Source: Haplodiscus bocki (taxonomy: Eukaryota). Taken from it: 64,000 nt of DNA. Below, piece by piece: positions 11,300 through 24,720 of the stretch. Within the stretch, counting starts at the first letter, position 1. Every line of letters starts with the position of its first letter. The translations under genes were made by a program, and so were the position numbers. The stretch lies in contig OZ296654.1 of assembly GCA_965655095.1 (NCBI GenBank), positions 94,054,001 to 94,118,000 of the forward strand, written 5' to 3'. The notes beneath the pieces were generated by a model. It was not told the DNA's origin, did no database searches, and saw only the letters and a list, made by a program, of their open reading frames with translations.

Positions 11300-14200
11300 A
11301 AGCATGATTTATAAAGTGTCCAGTAATTTCTATTACTTGATATTCTTTTCCGAGGAGAACTCAAAAGGGATCCAAATCCAATACCATCTAAGAGCACGGA
11401 AATGAAACGAAGCTGAAACAAATCAACTGAATTACTTAGAAATTGAATGAAGTTTTCAAACCACTCGTAGCTTCAACGATCAACGAACTTCAACGACCCT
11501 ATGAAACTCTATGCGCATGGCTGTGAAAACATCTGTTCAGGGATGGCACAGCCTCATTTTCATTTATTTTTCAAACCAAAACTTCCGTTGGAGCTGAAAG
11601 GTATTTCGAAAAAACTCAATAATAACAAAAATAACCGAAAAGAAAATCGGACTCTTTAACGATAACGTTAGGCTATGCCGTGTCACGCATCCCGGTAAAT
11701 CTTCAAAGATGGCAATACCAAACTCTTCCAACACCCATCAAATTTACGGCAATAGGCTGAGAAGGATACTGAAATGAAATCTCAGGCGACTCTCGATTAG
11801 GTATTTCAGTACAGTGTGATGGTTGTTCCACCGCGAATGCTACTCACCATCCAATAACACAGAAGGCTGAGAAAAGGTTGCTGATTTTTTTTTTTGGGGG
11901 GGGGGGGGGTGGGGGGGTTTGCTTACGGCAGCTACAACAGTCTGATGCAGTTGTCAAAGATCCTGTCTTGGGTGGTTTCGGGAAAAGGGAAGCTTCACAT
12001 CAGAACACCTTAAAAGTAGATTGGGCTTGCTCCAATGCGATATGCCAATGTTTTCAATGTGTTCAAACACAATGATTACACCTTCTAAAACCAAATTTGG
12101 ACTACCATTTGAAATTGTTTACCTCGACTAAAATACACAGCTACTATGAAACACTGTGATTTGAAACATTATGCGACAAAATTGATTTTTCTCGTATTGT
12201 CTGTATGATAGGAATGATAAAAAATAAATCAATCAAATATTTGAAACATTCCATTTTTCTCACGATGCTTTTGGTTTTATGAGAAGTAATTCTAACGTCT
12301 GACCACGTAAGGTATTCAAATATTTCATGCACCAAAAACCTTACGGGCCGATTAAATCGCAAAACATAAACAGTGCAGCAAGTCACGTAGGCTGTTCAAA
12401 AAAGCCGATGGAGCTTGAATCGGCCGAAATTCAACGCCTCCAAAATTCATTGCATCGATAAACAGAAGAGTAAAATCAGTCAAAATTGGACCAACATCAA
12501 TGACAGGTAGTCGCTTCAATGTCCAATTCCCTGACTCGATCAAAATCAAACACATTACTTTCGCCGAACAGAAAACTCTCCATTCGAAAAGCACTTATGC
12601 TGTCTCGAGAAGACTACATGCAACAACGTTTTTATAATTTGACGCTACACTGTGTAACCATTTCTGCAGTGGTTTGGTTAAAAAATTGTGCAACTAAGCT
12701 GAGCCTCGAAACTATCAATCTGGATAACTAGCGTTACTTTCACAGTGCATTGGATATATCATTCCTGTTCTGAAATCAAGAGCGAATCAATTTTCCGAAT
12801 CTCGTTATTTCGTTTGAATTGTGGACCCGGGTCTTGTGGCAAAACATATTTAGCCGCTCAACTACTTAGAACAATCTTCTCAAACCGACGTTTGCTTAAG
12901 TTTTGTGGAACTATGAGCAATTTTCGTCTCATTACAATCCTTTCTATTAGAATGCACACGCGAAATTGCATCGATTTTCATCAACAATTTCAATGGAACG
13001 CAGATAAATGACATCAATGTGGAAACGCTAGAGATTATTGGCGATACGTAACAAGGTGCTTGTAAAGATGGAATTATTCTCAACTTAGTTGTTCCTGGCA
13101 GAACTGAATGGACGTCTATAGCTTTACGAGTTGGATAAAAATTTGAAAAACATCGCTCTCAACGTAACGCAAAAGATTTTTTCAAAAGTCCTCGTGAGTT
13201 GACCAAACTGAGGTGTTGCTCAGACACCTATGTGATAGAAAATTTGTTGAAGGAGTTTCAAAAAGCTCCACAAAAATCGTTTGGTAATGTAATAAATGTT
13301 TTGAACCCTCGGACAGATCCAATATTGAAGTATTGCTCCGTCTGTAGTGGCTAACCGCTGTTTCAGGAATGTTTTTGACAAATGGTATTGCCCAAAACTC
13401 GATATAGTTTTGACAGCTAACAAAGCTTTAGTAAAAATACAGCTGAGTCGTTCAATGCATTATAATTATGGAATTTGACACCCGCTTCCGGTTTTATTGG
13501 TATTCGGAAGTGGTTAAGATTAGTTTATTAAAACTGGTATTAATGTGTTTTTGTCTCTCAGCACGCTGCCAGATCTAATTTGTGTTCGCCTTCGTGAATC
13601 TAGTTGTTATTGAGCTGCAAAAGAAGTTTATTTGGTCAATCTGTTGCAAAACTTTCATGATTGTACAACAGCTAGAAAGGAGGAAAACTGTCAAAATAGC
13701 ACTAACTCCCCCCACCCCCACTAAAAAATACTGACTTCACTTTGTATACGACGTGTCATGTTGTTCATCAAGTGAAGCTAGCCTCCAGAATTGACACGGA
13801 CCAATGATATCTGTCGCCCAGCCAGAGAACCGCACGACGACAAGTAAACAACTTGGTGTTTTACCATCTCTATATTCTTAAATGTAGTAACATTCCTAAA
13901 TGAGAACACCAAAAATTAAACAAATGAACAAAGTGGGAATTAGCCCAAACAATGCCAAAGAATTTTTCACTTCTATTCACAAAACATTCATAGTACCTGC
14001 CTAATGACACAACGTTTCTGCTAACCCTGATTTCAGAAGCACTTCTGCAGATAGAACAGTTAAGACCCTCAGTGGAGTGATCCAAAAACTTTCTAAGAAT
14101 TCAAGAAAGCAAAAAAATTGTGATACTTCCTTGCAATATTCATTTTAAAACGCACAAAGAAGAAAACAGTCGCAATCAACAGTGAGCAGCCGCTGAAACT

Positions 14201-14450
14201 TTTGAGAGCAAAAACAACAGAAATTTTATGGTATCCCCACGTGAGCTAATTTGGAAGGAAGCATATGGCACGGTTCGCATATCGAAGCATTTGAAAACGA
14301 AAAGAACTTCCTGTGAAAAAAATCGATCAGAGTAGACGTTATCTCCAAAGTTTGTTAAATTTGGAGAAAAGTGAGAAAAATACACGACTGTACCGCTTTC
14401 GAATGAAATTGTACCATAACAGCTGCTTTGAATAACCTAACACCAGACAC
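11300..14450. mobile_element. Highly decayed Maverick/Polinton-like relic (may extend to ~18 kb)
   Basis: Plus-strand packaging-ATPase-like remnants GPGSCGKTYL (~12822) and IALNVTQ..FKSPRE (~13150-13200); weaker minus-strand capsid-like (VEFRPIQAPS, YLIDL) and PolB-like (FGDNVYSD) remnants. Confidence 0.45.
11885..11917 (+). repeat. T11-G14-T-G7 homopolymer tract
   Basis: Directly visible. Confidence 0.9.
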
Positions 14451-17400
14451 ACCCGATAAGATGCAAAATTGCCTACTTTTGGTAGATTTCGATGCAATCA
14501 AAAACCCTCAATTTTGAAAAATTTACAGATATCTGCTAACAAGGCTAAAAAGTAATTTGTATCGATAAGATATAGATTAGTAGCTAAAAAGTTGAATTAG
14601 ATGGCAAAAACACAAAAATTCGGATTAATCGGGAAAATACCAATTCACGACTAAAACTAACGCACGAAAAACAATATTTTCTGATGAAAATATCAAAATT
14701 ACCAAGAGGATTTCAAAATTTATCCAAATCTATAGAATCATTTTCTAATTGTAGCTATAAAAGGATTTGATAGTGAAAGAATTTCGTGAATTCACAAAAA
14801 AACGAATTCCTTGAAAGGATTCCGTTTCTGACAAGAATGTTCACGGAAAGTGTAGTTCTGTTGAGTTGCGCAACTTGACTGGTAGTCAGGAGTGCGATGC
14901 ATTTAGTCCGCATAGGTGAGTTGAAGAAAACATCACAGGGTGAAATTTCTAAGGCAGGACAAGGGACATTTTTGTACGATTGCAGCAAAAACTTTCATTT
15001 ATCATACAAATTGTGATTGCCCTTAATTACGGTTCGTATCAAGTTTCCATTGATTGAATAAATCTTTCGAACAAACCATTGGTTCGCGGACAAAAAGTTG
15101 GACCGTATTTGAATCGTGATTTCTAGTTGCTAACAAAACGTTTGAACTCCGGATTCACGAATGCAGGTATTTCGTCACATCTTATCAATTCCAGAAAGTC
15201 AGAACAACTTGTTAGGAATTGTTAACGTCGGAAGCCGAAGCACTTGTTAAGGAAAAAACTGCATCCAATTTGGAGAATTTGTCAAAAGCAACAAATAGGT
15301 ACTCGGAAGTTGAAAACGCTTTGTTTTAGGTACCATTAAGGTCTATAGTGAACGGTAGGAAAAGTTTTGAGGCAGTTGTACCTTTTTTGATAAGGTGCTT
15401 CTCTCACTAGCTGTTGCCTTGTCCGTCTGAGACCACGGAGAGCAAATTTTCTTTTCATTGACTTGGAGATCACCGTAATGGTTTCATTCCAACACCTGTA
15501 ATTTCAACTGTAGACGAGTCGCAAGTAACTGGTATCTGCTAGAGGCTATACAACTCTAAGGCTTAGGCGTTGCCAAGCATTCATTTTAAATATTCGAAAA
15601 TTTTTGTAAGTTTTTTATTCCATTTGCATTGGACGTTTTTATGCAATAGGTAAAGATTGGTTGTCGTAAGGTACTTTCATTTCATTTAGGGCTAAGACGT
15701 AACTTTTAAGAACGGAGATTTCATTTAAACCAAGTTGAAGATCTAGCTATTCAATCTTGGTATTAGAGAAATGACGTTTGTCAAAGTTGGCAACGAATCC
15801 AGTCAATAAAACACGTTTTAAAACAGCATGTAGACGAGCATGTTCTTGTGGAACCGTACACAATTATGCCGTCACGAAAACTAAAGCAACCGGCAAGACC
15901 ATCTAGGACTACATCAATCGTTTTTGAAATTTATTGGGAACGTCTACAAACCAAAAGTTGCTCGTTTGAATTGCGATGGATTGAGTTGCTCAGTATTGAG
16001 AGAAAGTGAATTGATTTGTCAGCATGGACTCAAAAACAAACGAGAGTAACTAGTATTTCTTCCCCCACCAACCCCGCTGAGAATATTATTTGCCCCCTAT
16101 AGCTGACGCTCAGCTGAGCAGTATGTTTCAAGTTGCTGTTTTTCAAGAAAAGTTATGGAACTGCATGTAACGTTAATTTGTTTTTCACTAGCTTCAATAA
16201 GCAATCAGCTTCTTGGAATCTATCGAGATTTGTGAATTGCTTGCATTGTCTTTTACCTCGCAAAAGATGAATTCAGTGAATACATTGGTAGTGGTAGCTA
16301 CAGCTTCGACTGAGGGGATAATCCCCTGGGGGACAACGGAAAAGAGCCGAATGACCTTCTCATCCGGAAGCTCCCGTGAAGAAGCTTCTTTTTAATCACA
16401 CCCATCACCTAAATCTACCGAAAATTGCGAAGGCACTGAAATATCCGCACACAGAAGGCTAGAGCTACTGGTCTCGTAGTTTGCTTTTCTTTAAGCGCGC
16501 ATAACATATTGCCATCATTTTCCAGTAGAAAACCCGGTACTCGCAGTGTTTGACCTTAATCTATGGAAAAAATAGAAACATCACAAAGAGATGTGAGAAG
16601 CATTCATCAAACACTATCATCAACTTCACAATATGAAGATCCCATTGCCTCTCAGTGCTAAATATGCAAAACTTGAAGCATTCCCGTCTAGAAGGGGAAA
16701 AGGTCGATAAAATAATAATTTCACAAAAATGCCGAGTTAAATAGTTTATTTTTTGCTCCGAAAAGCCCATTTAGCGATTAGGTAGATATAAAAGGCCCAA
16801 TAAAATTGACTTCTGCGGGGAAACAAAATAACTCCCGGAGAGGTCATTTGTTCAATTTGGCAACCTCACAACCTACCTACTTCTGGGCGCAAATTAAATC
16901 TGCAGCAAATTCAGAAATGTCGGAGATGCAGCGAAAGTGATCTAAAGACACGGAAAAGTTGAATATTATCGATTTGTGTTTAGCTGCAAACAAATGCAGC
17001 CCAAAACTATTTGGCGGGGCACAAAATTTAATACACTCAAAACGAGAGACAAAGGTCACTCCAGCGCCCAGATAGCTTTTGTACAACACTGAGGGAAGGC
17101 TGCGCTTCTCAACACTTGCGCCTACCTTGGTTTAAACACTAAGCAGCATAATTCAACAGCTGGTTCCAATCTAACTGGTACAGCCTAAGTTTACAGGCAC
17201 CACGCTAGTTGGGGGAGAAATACCGATAAAACAAGCACAACTTAGTCAATTCTTGAACATTTGTATTCGAAATGAAATTTCACTTTTCAGGGAGTCAATA
17301 GTTCCGTTGATAGAAAATGTTACATCGGTGAGTCGGGGGAGGCACAGGTTCGCATCTCAGAAAATGTGAAAAAACTATGATTCATAAACACTTGCGACAA

Positions 17401-18466
17401 AATGGGAGGAATGCATCAAACGACAGGACTCAAAGACTCTGTCAAAGGACAGGACAATCTTAACACCAAAACTTCATCAATCAAAGTTTCTACGGAAAAA
17501 TTAGCAAAGGAAAAAGGCAGCTGCTCATCGAACTTTTCTCTGAATTCAAAGTGATAATCGTTCGATCAAAAACCAACCCGATCTGTACTTAACTAAAAAT
17601 TCTGATTTTAGAAATGCAAGTTGATTTACATAGCTGACAAAGTGTACCAATGCGCAAAACTAACAAGAGTGTACTCGAATTAGAAGCGTACGGTCGCAAT
17701 CCGATCGACATCTGCAGCAAAATAATCAAGAGACGCGACTGATTTTTGTGAATTCCACAACAGCTGGGGATGATCAGCGGATAAGTATGGAAAAAGCAAC
17801 CCCTGTCAATCAATTTTCCAACTAGCATAGTTTTTGATGACGGCCACAACCCGATGAATATCAACAAAAAATCACTTTTAAAGACTTCAATTCCGAATAT
17901 TGGGTTGATTCATCTTTGGTGGCTTAAGAGAAAGATTGATCATTTTGTGACGCAAACAAGACAAACCTTCAAAATATTAGTGTAATATGAGTGTTACTTT
18001 AAATATTTTTTAAATCAATTTGCTCTATGGAACAGAAAATACATGAACTTCTAACACAGAGGCGAAGCAACACTTGCCCCAACGGAATACTGGTGAACAA
18101 ATCGACTAAATATAACTGATATTTGAAAGAGCCACGATACTACGAAAACTACTGATAACAAGTGTACAGAAACTGTTTTAATTTTTGTACATGTATATAC
18201 AAGTAAGAAACGCTAAAATATTTCATCCGCTTGCTTTGTTATTCACGCTTCAGCTACTATTTGCAATTTCCGACAGACACATCATATCCATTTTACAATC
18301 CCATTTCAGTTCTGCGGAATTATTTTCTTTTCGATCTCAAATTTTTCGATCTGGTATAATATTAATAGAAAACCGATCATTCCATTATTTCTCTGAAGTA
18401 ATAATTGATCCCATAAATGCGGATGGGTGTGTGGACAAGTCAGCGTCTAGAACCAGTGTTCCATCT

Positions 18467-18612
18467 NNNNNNNNNNNNNNNNNNNNNNNNNNNNNNNNNN
18501 NNNNNNNNNNNNNNNNNNNNNNNNNNNNNNNNNNNNNNNNNNNNNNNNNNNNNNNNNNNNNNNNNNNNNNNNNNNNNNNNNNNNNNNNNNNNNNNNNNNN
18601 NNNNNNNNNNNN
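18467..18612. other. Assembly gap (146 N)
   Basis: Run of n characters. Confidence 1.
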
Positions 18613-19699
18613 TTTATGGATGTGTATGTGTCAAACGGCAGCAGTCAATGCACCCCGGTGGTATACTCACTTGAATACGTTTTACTTTTATCTCAATTTA
18701 CTATTCATATCAACGCTTTGCGGTCCAAGATAACACAAAAATTTTCCTCCATACACACAGTTTTTAGGATTCTCAACTGCCCATAAAACCTCTGATAGCT
18801 CCAATTCATTTGAGTATTTTGATTCGAAATCCGTCGTTTTCGGCGTTTTCTTGGCGGAAAATAAGTTTGAAAGGGGTTTTTCTTGAATTTTAGAATTTTT
18901 AAAACATGGTGCCTTTCTTCTCCAAGCTGTGATTGTACCGCAAAGGAGTACGTCAGAGTGCTGATAAATCTATGGTAGTGACATTTCGAAAACTTACTTT
19001 TTGCTATATACTATCCGCAGTTGCGAAATATAACCGAGACAGCCGAAAATTTGCCAAAATCATGTTTTTATTCGGAAAATCCCGTTTCTGAGCGAACTTC
19101 CAAGACAAAAGTACAACTGTGAAACTAATGTGGCTACTATTGAGCCTCCAATAGCTTTCTAGATCCACGACCACTCTAAAATTTTCACAGGCACCGAGAC
19201 AAGACAGAAGTATCGTTTGGTGGTAAGAAAAAGTTAACCAATATGGTTTTATCGGCGGAGAAAGTTTTATTTTAAGGCATGTGACATGGGAAAATCGTAC
19301 TTTCAGAGTATGTATGTAGTTCCTCTGTTTTGTAATCGGATCTTCTGACGTTAAAAAGGTTGATGTTAACTTGTTTTTGCTGCATGGATATTTCCGCGTC
19401 AAATGACTGATCGGAGAGTTCAAAAAAAATTGTTTTCAATAACCGAAGTTTGATTTTTCGTATTAAACGTTCAACTATTGCAGTTTCGGGCTTAAAGAAA
19501 GCCTATATTTCAAAGCTTACTACAACTTTTGGTAGAAATATTTCAAAGGTAGCACAGTAGGACTCGACTTAGTTTTGGGCGAGAAAAAGTTATTTTTGCA
19601 GCCGAAAAAAATGATTCTCCGTTTTCTTTCTCAAATATGACACTTTGAAGCTTCGAATACACATCAAAGCCGTCTTTTGTAGCACAAGTTTTCACCTGT

Positions 19700-21750
19700 A
19701 GTTTGAAAATGTCAATTGGGATGAATTGATGAACTATTTCATGTGCTTACCTCGGCGAAAAGTTTCCGCTGGTTCATTTTTTCTTGCGAAAAGCAGAACT
19801 TTGGATCGTAGCTTGTCATATCTTGACTGTTTTAGCTAACAACTGTACCTGTAGACGTGTGGCCAGCAGTACAGATTGTCTATGTTTCAGAACATTTGGA
19901 CAGCTGTCACATAGGCAACTTACTCCTATTCAGTCGTGTTTCTTTCGCGAGAATCTTTTGAAAAAGGAAAGTTTTAGTAGTTCACTGATATTTATTCACT
20001 CCTGTCTCCTTTTCTTCGTATTCCAAATGGCAGCTTTCTTATTGGAGTAAACAGCTGAAACTGTAAATGGATCTAGCAAACGATTATCTGTGTGGGTTGA
20101 AGCCGTGCACTAAGTTTCCTAGCTCCTACGTTTTCATTTGGTTCACTTCGTGTGAATACGAAAGTAATTGCTACAGAACATATGGTTTCAAACGGTCTCT
20201 GAACCCTTTTGCGTTCCCGTGAATTCGGGATAATCCATTCCCATTAATTCCAGAAAATCCAGATTGCGTTAAATGAAGTCAAACCATTCCATTTACTTCA
20301 GCAACCTCACACTTATCTGCTTTCAGTTGCATATCTGCAGCATCTAACGTTTTAAAAAAATCTTGCATTTTATCAAATGGTCTTCCTTTTTCCTTCCTGG
20401 TTACTATTAAATGCCATCAACAAATGAAAGATCTCTATCTAAGCTAAATAATACTGAATTCATACTTTTTTGAGAGTCCACCGGCACTACCCTCAAGCCA
20501 AAAAAATTAGGACACCAAACTCCCGCTGAGTCAAATCCATACAACCTGAAAATTACAGTATTTAGCAGTAACTTTATGTAACGTAATTTGTCCGCACGCG
20601 TATATTATATACTGTAGGAAACTACGCCCACTCTTTAAAATTCTCAGTAACCATGTCAATCAAATTCTTTCGGAAATTCGGAATTTGGTAACCATCTTTG
20701 TCAACTGCTGCATTAAAAGCTCCAGAAATCAACCTCATTTCAACTCATCGGTCGCTCGTCACCCCAATCGTTTTCGGTTGTAAAAAACGCCTATTCTTTT
20801 ATTTCTATCTCTCTATGTGAACTCTGATTATTCGACACATTTGATTGTCGCTGAATTTTATAACCAGACTGGTGTTCGCCTTCTCTTTTACTGACTAGTT
20901 ATTACCTGGATTCTTACACGTCCTTTTCGAAGAAAATTGATCATGCGCTCCTTAGGAGTAACGTTTCAACTTTCGTCTTCCAATGAACAACCACTTTCTC
21001 TAAAATTGAATTTACCTCGCAACCGACTTTCAATTGTATTCGGTGATTGAATTTGTACTACTTTCAAGCAATCACGTCCCACTTTTGATTTGTCACCTCT
21101 CACATCATATCTAGCGTTATCAAGCCTCTAATGTCCCACGCTCATGTCAACCAAAACGTAATCCAATCACAGGTGGCTGTTCAGACTAACTCATTCCTCT
21201 AGCTACCATTTCATCTCCAATCAGAACTCTTTTCGAATCATCACGATCAAAATTTGTATCTGAAGATTGTGAATCGATCATTGCTTTGAATTTGTTGTGA
21301 CTGATTTCGTCGCTGAAGTAAAATGGACCCGTTCTCCTCCATTCAATTGCAATACAAATTTGTGGCCATCCTATGTGCACTCTGAAATTTCAATTAAGTT
21401 AACCTGACGGGTCATCTGACCACTTCCAAATCCAAGTTAGGTCGTTGAATTGCGTTTTTGCAGCATTTCGCAAAATGGCCAAGAAAGCCACAATTGGCAC
21501 AGTTTTTTAGTGGCTTTCAACAACTGATTTGGCATAGCGTGAAGTTTTTCATTCCACTGCTGCACCACTTTCGGTGTCCATGAACAGTATACACAGGCTC
21601 GACTTTCACTTTAACTTAACTGCTATTTGCGCTGGTGGTTGCGTCCTATACGACTTCAATCTATGCAGACCTTTTTCGAAAGCATTCGCTAACTCTACCA
21701 CTTGTTTTGATGCTTTTTGGTTCCATAACTAAACGTTCTTGCATATGTGA
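19700..21750 (-). mobile_element. Decayed Ty3/gypsy-like gag-pol relic (boundaries approximate)
   Basis: Minus-strand zinc knuckle CANCGFLGHFAKCC (~21460-21505) followed downstream by protease-like and EKGR(R)P-like RT-proximal remnants; many stops. Confidence 0.45.
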
Positions 21751-23673
21751 ATAGCTCATTGTCAGAAAACTAGGCCAGTGGCGGAGCTCGAATACAGAAG
21801 CACATGAGAAAAAAAACATGTCTTCTTTTTCTGAGAAGTGCTAGCTTTTGGAAAAATACACTAGCTATTATCATTTATATCCTATTATCATTTGCAATCC
21901 TCATTGAAACATTATCAAGTATACTGAAATCCTCAAAATTGTAGCTCCACGTAAAGTTGGCAAATTGTGTTAGTTTTGCTCTTTCAGTTGCTAAAAAGGC
22001 GTCTTCCCAGGAGAAATAAAAATAATCCAAAGAAAATATCTGACAGTAGAAGTTTGTGGGCTCTCCATAAAATGCCATTTGCCGAAAATGTCGTTCCGAA
22101 TTGAGCTACACGCGTACGAATGAATGTGATTGAAAAAATCAAAGCTAAATGTTCAGAGATCCTTAAATCAGCCAATTTTTTTGCGTCGAAAAAAGTAAAA
22201 AAGAATTTCTTCTTGCAACAGAACCTAAATTCCCGTGTAAATCGAGGGATGTTCCTCGTAATCGGTTGTGACTGCGCTTGCAGCTGAAAACTGCATTGAG
22301 GACATAAGATCAAAGAATGGGCGGAAGTCGAAAAATTAGCCTTTTCTCACGTTTATAGCACCGAAGAGATCTCTACAACATGAACTTTGCACTCTTCTGC
22401 TGGAATATACCAAAAAACTCTTTTTGCATCGTATTGTCTGGTACTAGTAGCTAGAGCACAGACTAACTTGATAAATAAAACTGCAATTTCGTTTAAAAAA
22501 AGTCACAAAAAGTAAATAAGTAAATTTTGGCACCAATAATGCCATTTTGACTTTGACAACTAAAAACCAGTTTGGACAAGTTTTAGAGAAAAGTTTCAAA
22601 AAAACATTTTGTATTCAATCCAGCAGGACGTGTGGTCACAAAATTGGTTTGGAAAGCAGAAAAGCAAGCAAAACTTTCGGTAAAATCGCGAAAGTAGCTA
22701 CTTCTAGTGTACTTTAAACCAGCGCAAAACCTCAGCTAGACAGTTCAGTGTTGGGCCAAATTATTCTTCGATGTTGTAGGCTGGATAGGGACCTGGTATA
22801 AAGCATTAGTTGCAGAATGTTTATTCATGTAGTTACTGTTCTCAATCGCTGTTCTCAATGAACGCTTCTTTTCCGTGACTTTTTTCGTTTAGCAGTTTGT
22901 TGAACAAAACATTATTACACAAAATGACAAACTCATTTAATATGGCATTTGCATCAAATTTGCCACAGTTCAAACTGTATGGGTTAAAATTCGGTGGGAT
23001 AAAATCTACTGACACCGCATTGGAGATCAGGTTAGAACTTCATCCGACAGAGAGTTTCGCTGTAGTTGGTATTACCACTTTATTCCAAATTATTTTTAAC
23101 CGACGCTTTTTTAAGAAAGCCCTCAATTAGTGGTTGTTTCAAGACCTCTGAAACTGATGAATCTCTACCACAGTTGTACAGCCTAGTAAAGGAACGCTAA
23201 AGCTTCTGCCATCCTGGAAAGAGGATTCAAAAAATGGAAACGCAAAATAATACGTAAATATTCCATTTCTTCTAAACTAAAGCACCGAAAACATTTGTGA
23301 TACCCCGACATATTTTGAGCGATACCACCAGCACCGCTCGAGCTTTCGTGATTCATTCTCTGTAACCGTGACAGTATCATGTTGACGGCTTCTACAAAAA
23401 ACTCATTTCCATGCTCTGAAAATTAGTATCAAGCGGCCTCTGGTTCTTCTAACCCTGCCTGCGATTGCTCAGAATGAAAACAAAATTGGACGGGAATACA
23501 CTCATTCACTGTTTTGTGATGTGCAATATTTACTTGAATACTTTCGAATTTATTAAGAAGTTGATCAAAAAAATAACGCCAGAAAATATTTATTTTCAGC
23601 ACGCAAGAACACAATGAGAACATAAAATCAAGACAAATTCGACTCAATTTTGTTCCATGTTAGTTCTAGTTGA

Positions 23674-24720
23674 TCATTTTTTCGGCGCCTTAGTTGCCGA
23701 TTTCGGGGTTGCTGGTTTAGCTCCTCCAGCTGTTGCTGGTTTAGCTCCTCCAGCTGTTGCTGGTTTAGCTCCTCCAGCTGTTGTCGGTTTAGTAGCCGCG
23801 GGTTGTTTGTCAGGTTGCTGTTTCGCGGCTGCAGGTTGCTTTGCACTTTGGGGTTTAGCAGCTGCGGGTTGTGCACCACCTTGAGGCTTAGCGGCTGCTT
23901 GCTTCTGAGCTATGGGTTTCGCGTTTGCCTGTTTTTGGGCCTCCGGTTTCGCGTTTGCCTGTTTTTGCGCTTCCGGTTTCGCGTTTGTTTGTTTTTGAGC
24001 TGCGGGTTTCGCGTTTGCCTGTTTTTGGGCTTCCGGTTTCGCGTTTGCCTGTTTTTGGGCTTCCGGTTTCGCGTTTGCCTGTTTTTGGGCTTCCGGTTTC
24101 GCGTTTGTTTGTTTTTGAGCTGCGGGTTTTGCGTTTGCCTGTTTTTGAGCTGCGGGTTTTGCGTTTGCCTGTTTTTGGGCTTCGGGTTTCGCGCTTGCTT
24201 GTTTTTGAGCTGCGGGTTTTGTGTTTGCCTGTTTTTGAGCTTCAGGTTTCGCGTTTGCTTGTTTTTGAGGTCCGGACTTCGTTTTTGTTTGATTTTCTGC
24301 TGCGGGTTTTGCGTTTGCTTGTTTTTGGGCTGCAGGTTTTGCGTTTGCTTGCTTTTGGGCTGCAGGTTTTGCGTTTGCTTGTTTTTGGGCTGCGGGTTTA
24401 GCCGATGCGGGTTTACCGCTGGTCTGTTTTGCCCCAGACTTTCCTTTACCACCCTTTACTGGTTTTTTGCCCAATTTCTTGTTCATCTTCTGTCTTTCTC
24501 GTCGTCGTTTGTGTCTTAACTGCTTAGCGTTGAGAGGTGCAGCTTTTGCGGTTTTCGCTGCCTTACTCTTCTTTTGGGGAGCTCCTTTACCCGCATTCGT
24601 GGGAGCTTTCTGCCCGGCATTGGCAGGCGCTTTCTGTCCAGCACCGGGGGCTTTCTGGGCCGCAGGTTTGGTCGGAGCTTTCTGAGCCGCGGGTTTAGCG
24701 GCCGCTTTCGCGTTCGGCAT
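23674..24720 (-). CDS. 348-aa Lys/Ala/Pro/Gln-rich repeat protein (histone H1 tail-like, no globular domain)
   Basis: Uninterrupted ORF with non-repetitive N-terminus, Arg/Lys patch RHKRRRERQKMNKKLG, 17 KPxAQKQANA-type decapeptides, 3 KPATAGGA units; minus-strand AATAAA at 23589-23594. Confidence 0.75.
   Translation of the reverse strand: MPNAKAAAKPAAQKAPTKPAAQKAPGAGQKAPANAGQKAPTNAGKGAPQKKSKAAKTAKAAPLNAKQLRHKRRRERQKMNKKLGKKPVKGGKGKSGAKQTSGKPASAKPAAQKQANAKPAAQKQANAKPAAQKQANAKPAAENQTKTKSGPQKQANAKPEAQKQANTKPAAQKQASAKPEAQKQANAKPAAQKQANAKPAAQKQTNAKPEAQKQANAKPEAQKQANAKPEAQKQANAKPAAQKQTNAKPEAQKQANAKPEAQKQANAKPIAQKQAAAKPQGGAQPAAAKPQSAKQPAAAKQQPDKQPAATKPTTAGGAKPATAGGAKPATAGGAKPATPKSATKAPKK
23890..24400. 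repeat. 30-bp coding minisatellite (17 units); 24-bp repeat x3 at ~23710-23790
   Basis: Unit gcgtttgcctgtttttgggcttccggtttc repeated with variation. Confidence 0.95.

Noticed and set aside
18185-18733. ORFs spanning the N gap
   Set aside because: Length is inflated by Ns; no recognisable protein.
23890-24400. CRISPR-like regular repeat array
   Set aside because: No unique spacers, contiguous 30-bp coding units, eukaryotic context, no cas genes.
23803-24519. Overlapping long ORFs (23803..24519 +, 23925..24401 +, 23910..24452 -) and antisense ORFs over 9573-10311
   Set aside because: Shadow frames of stop-poor repetitive coding sequence.
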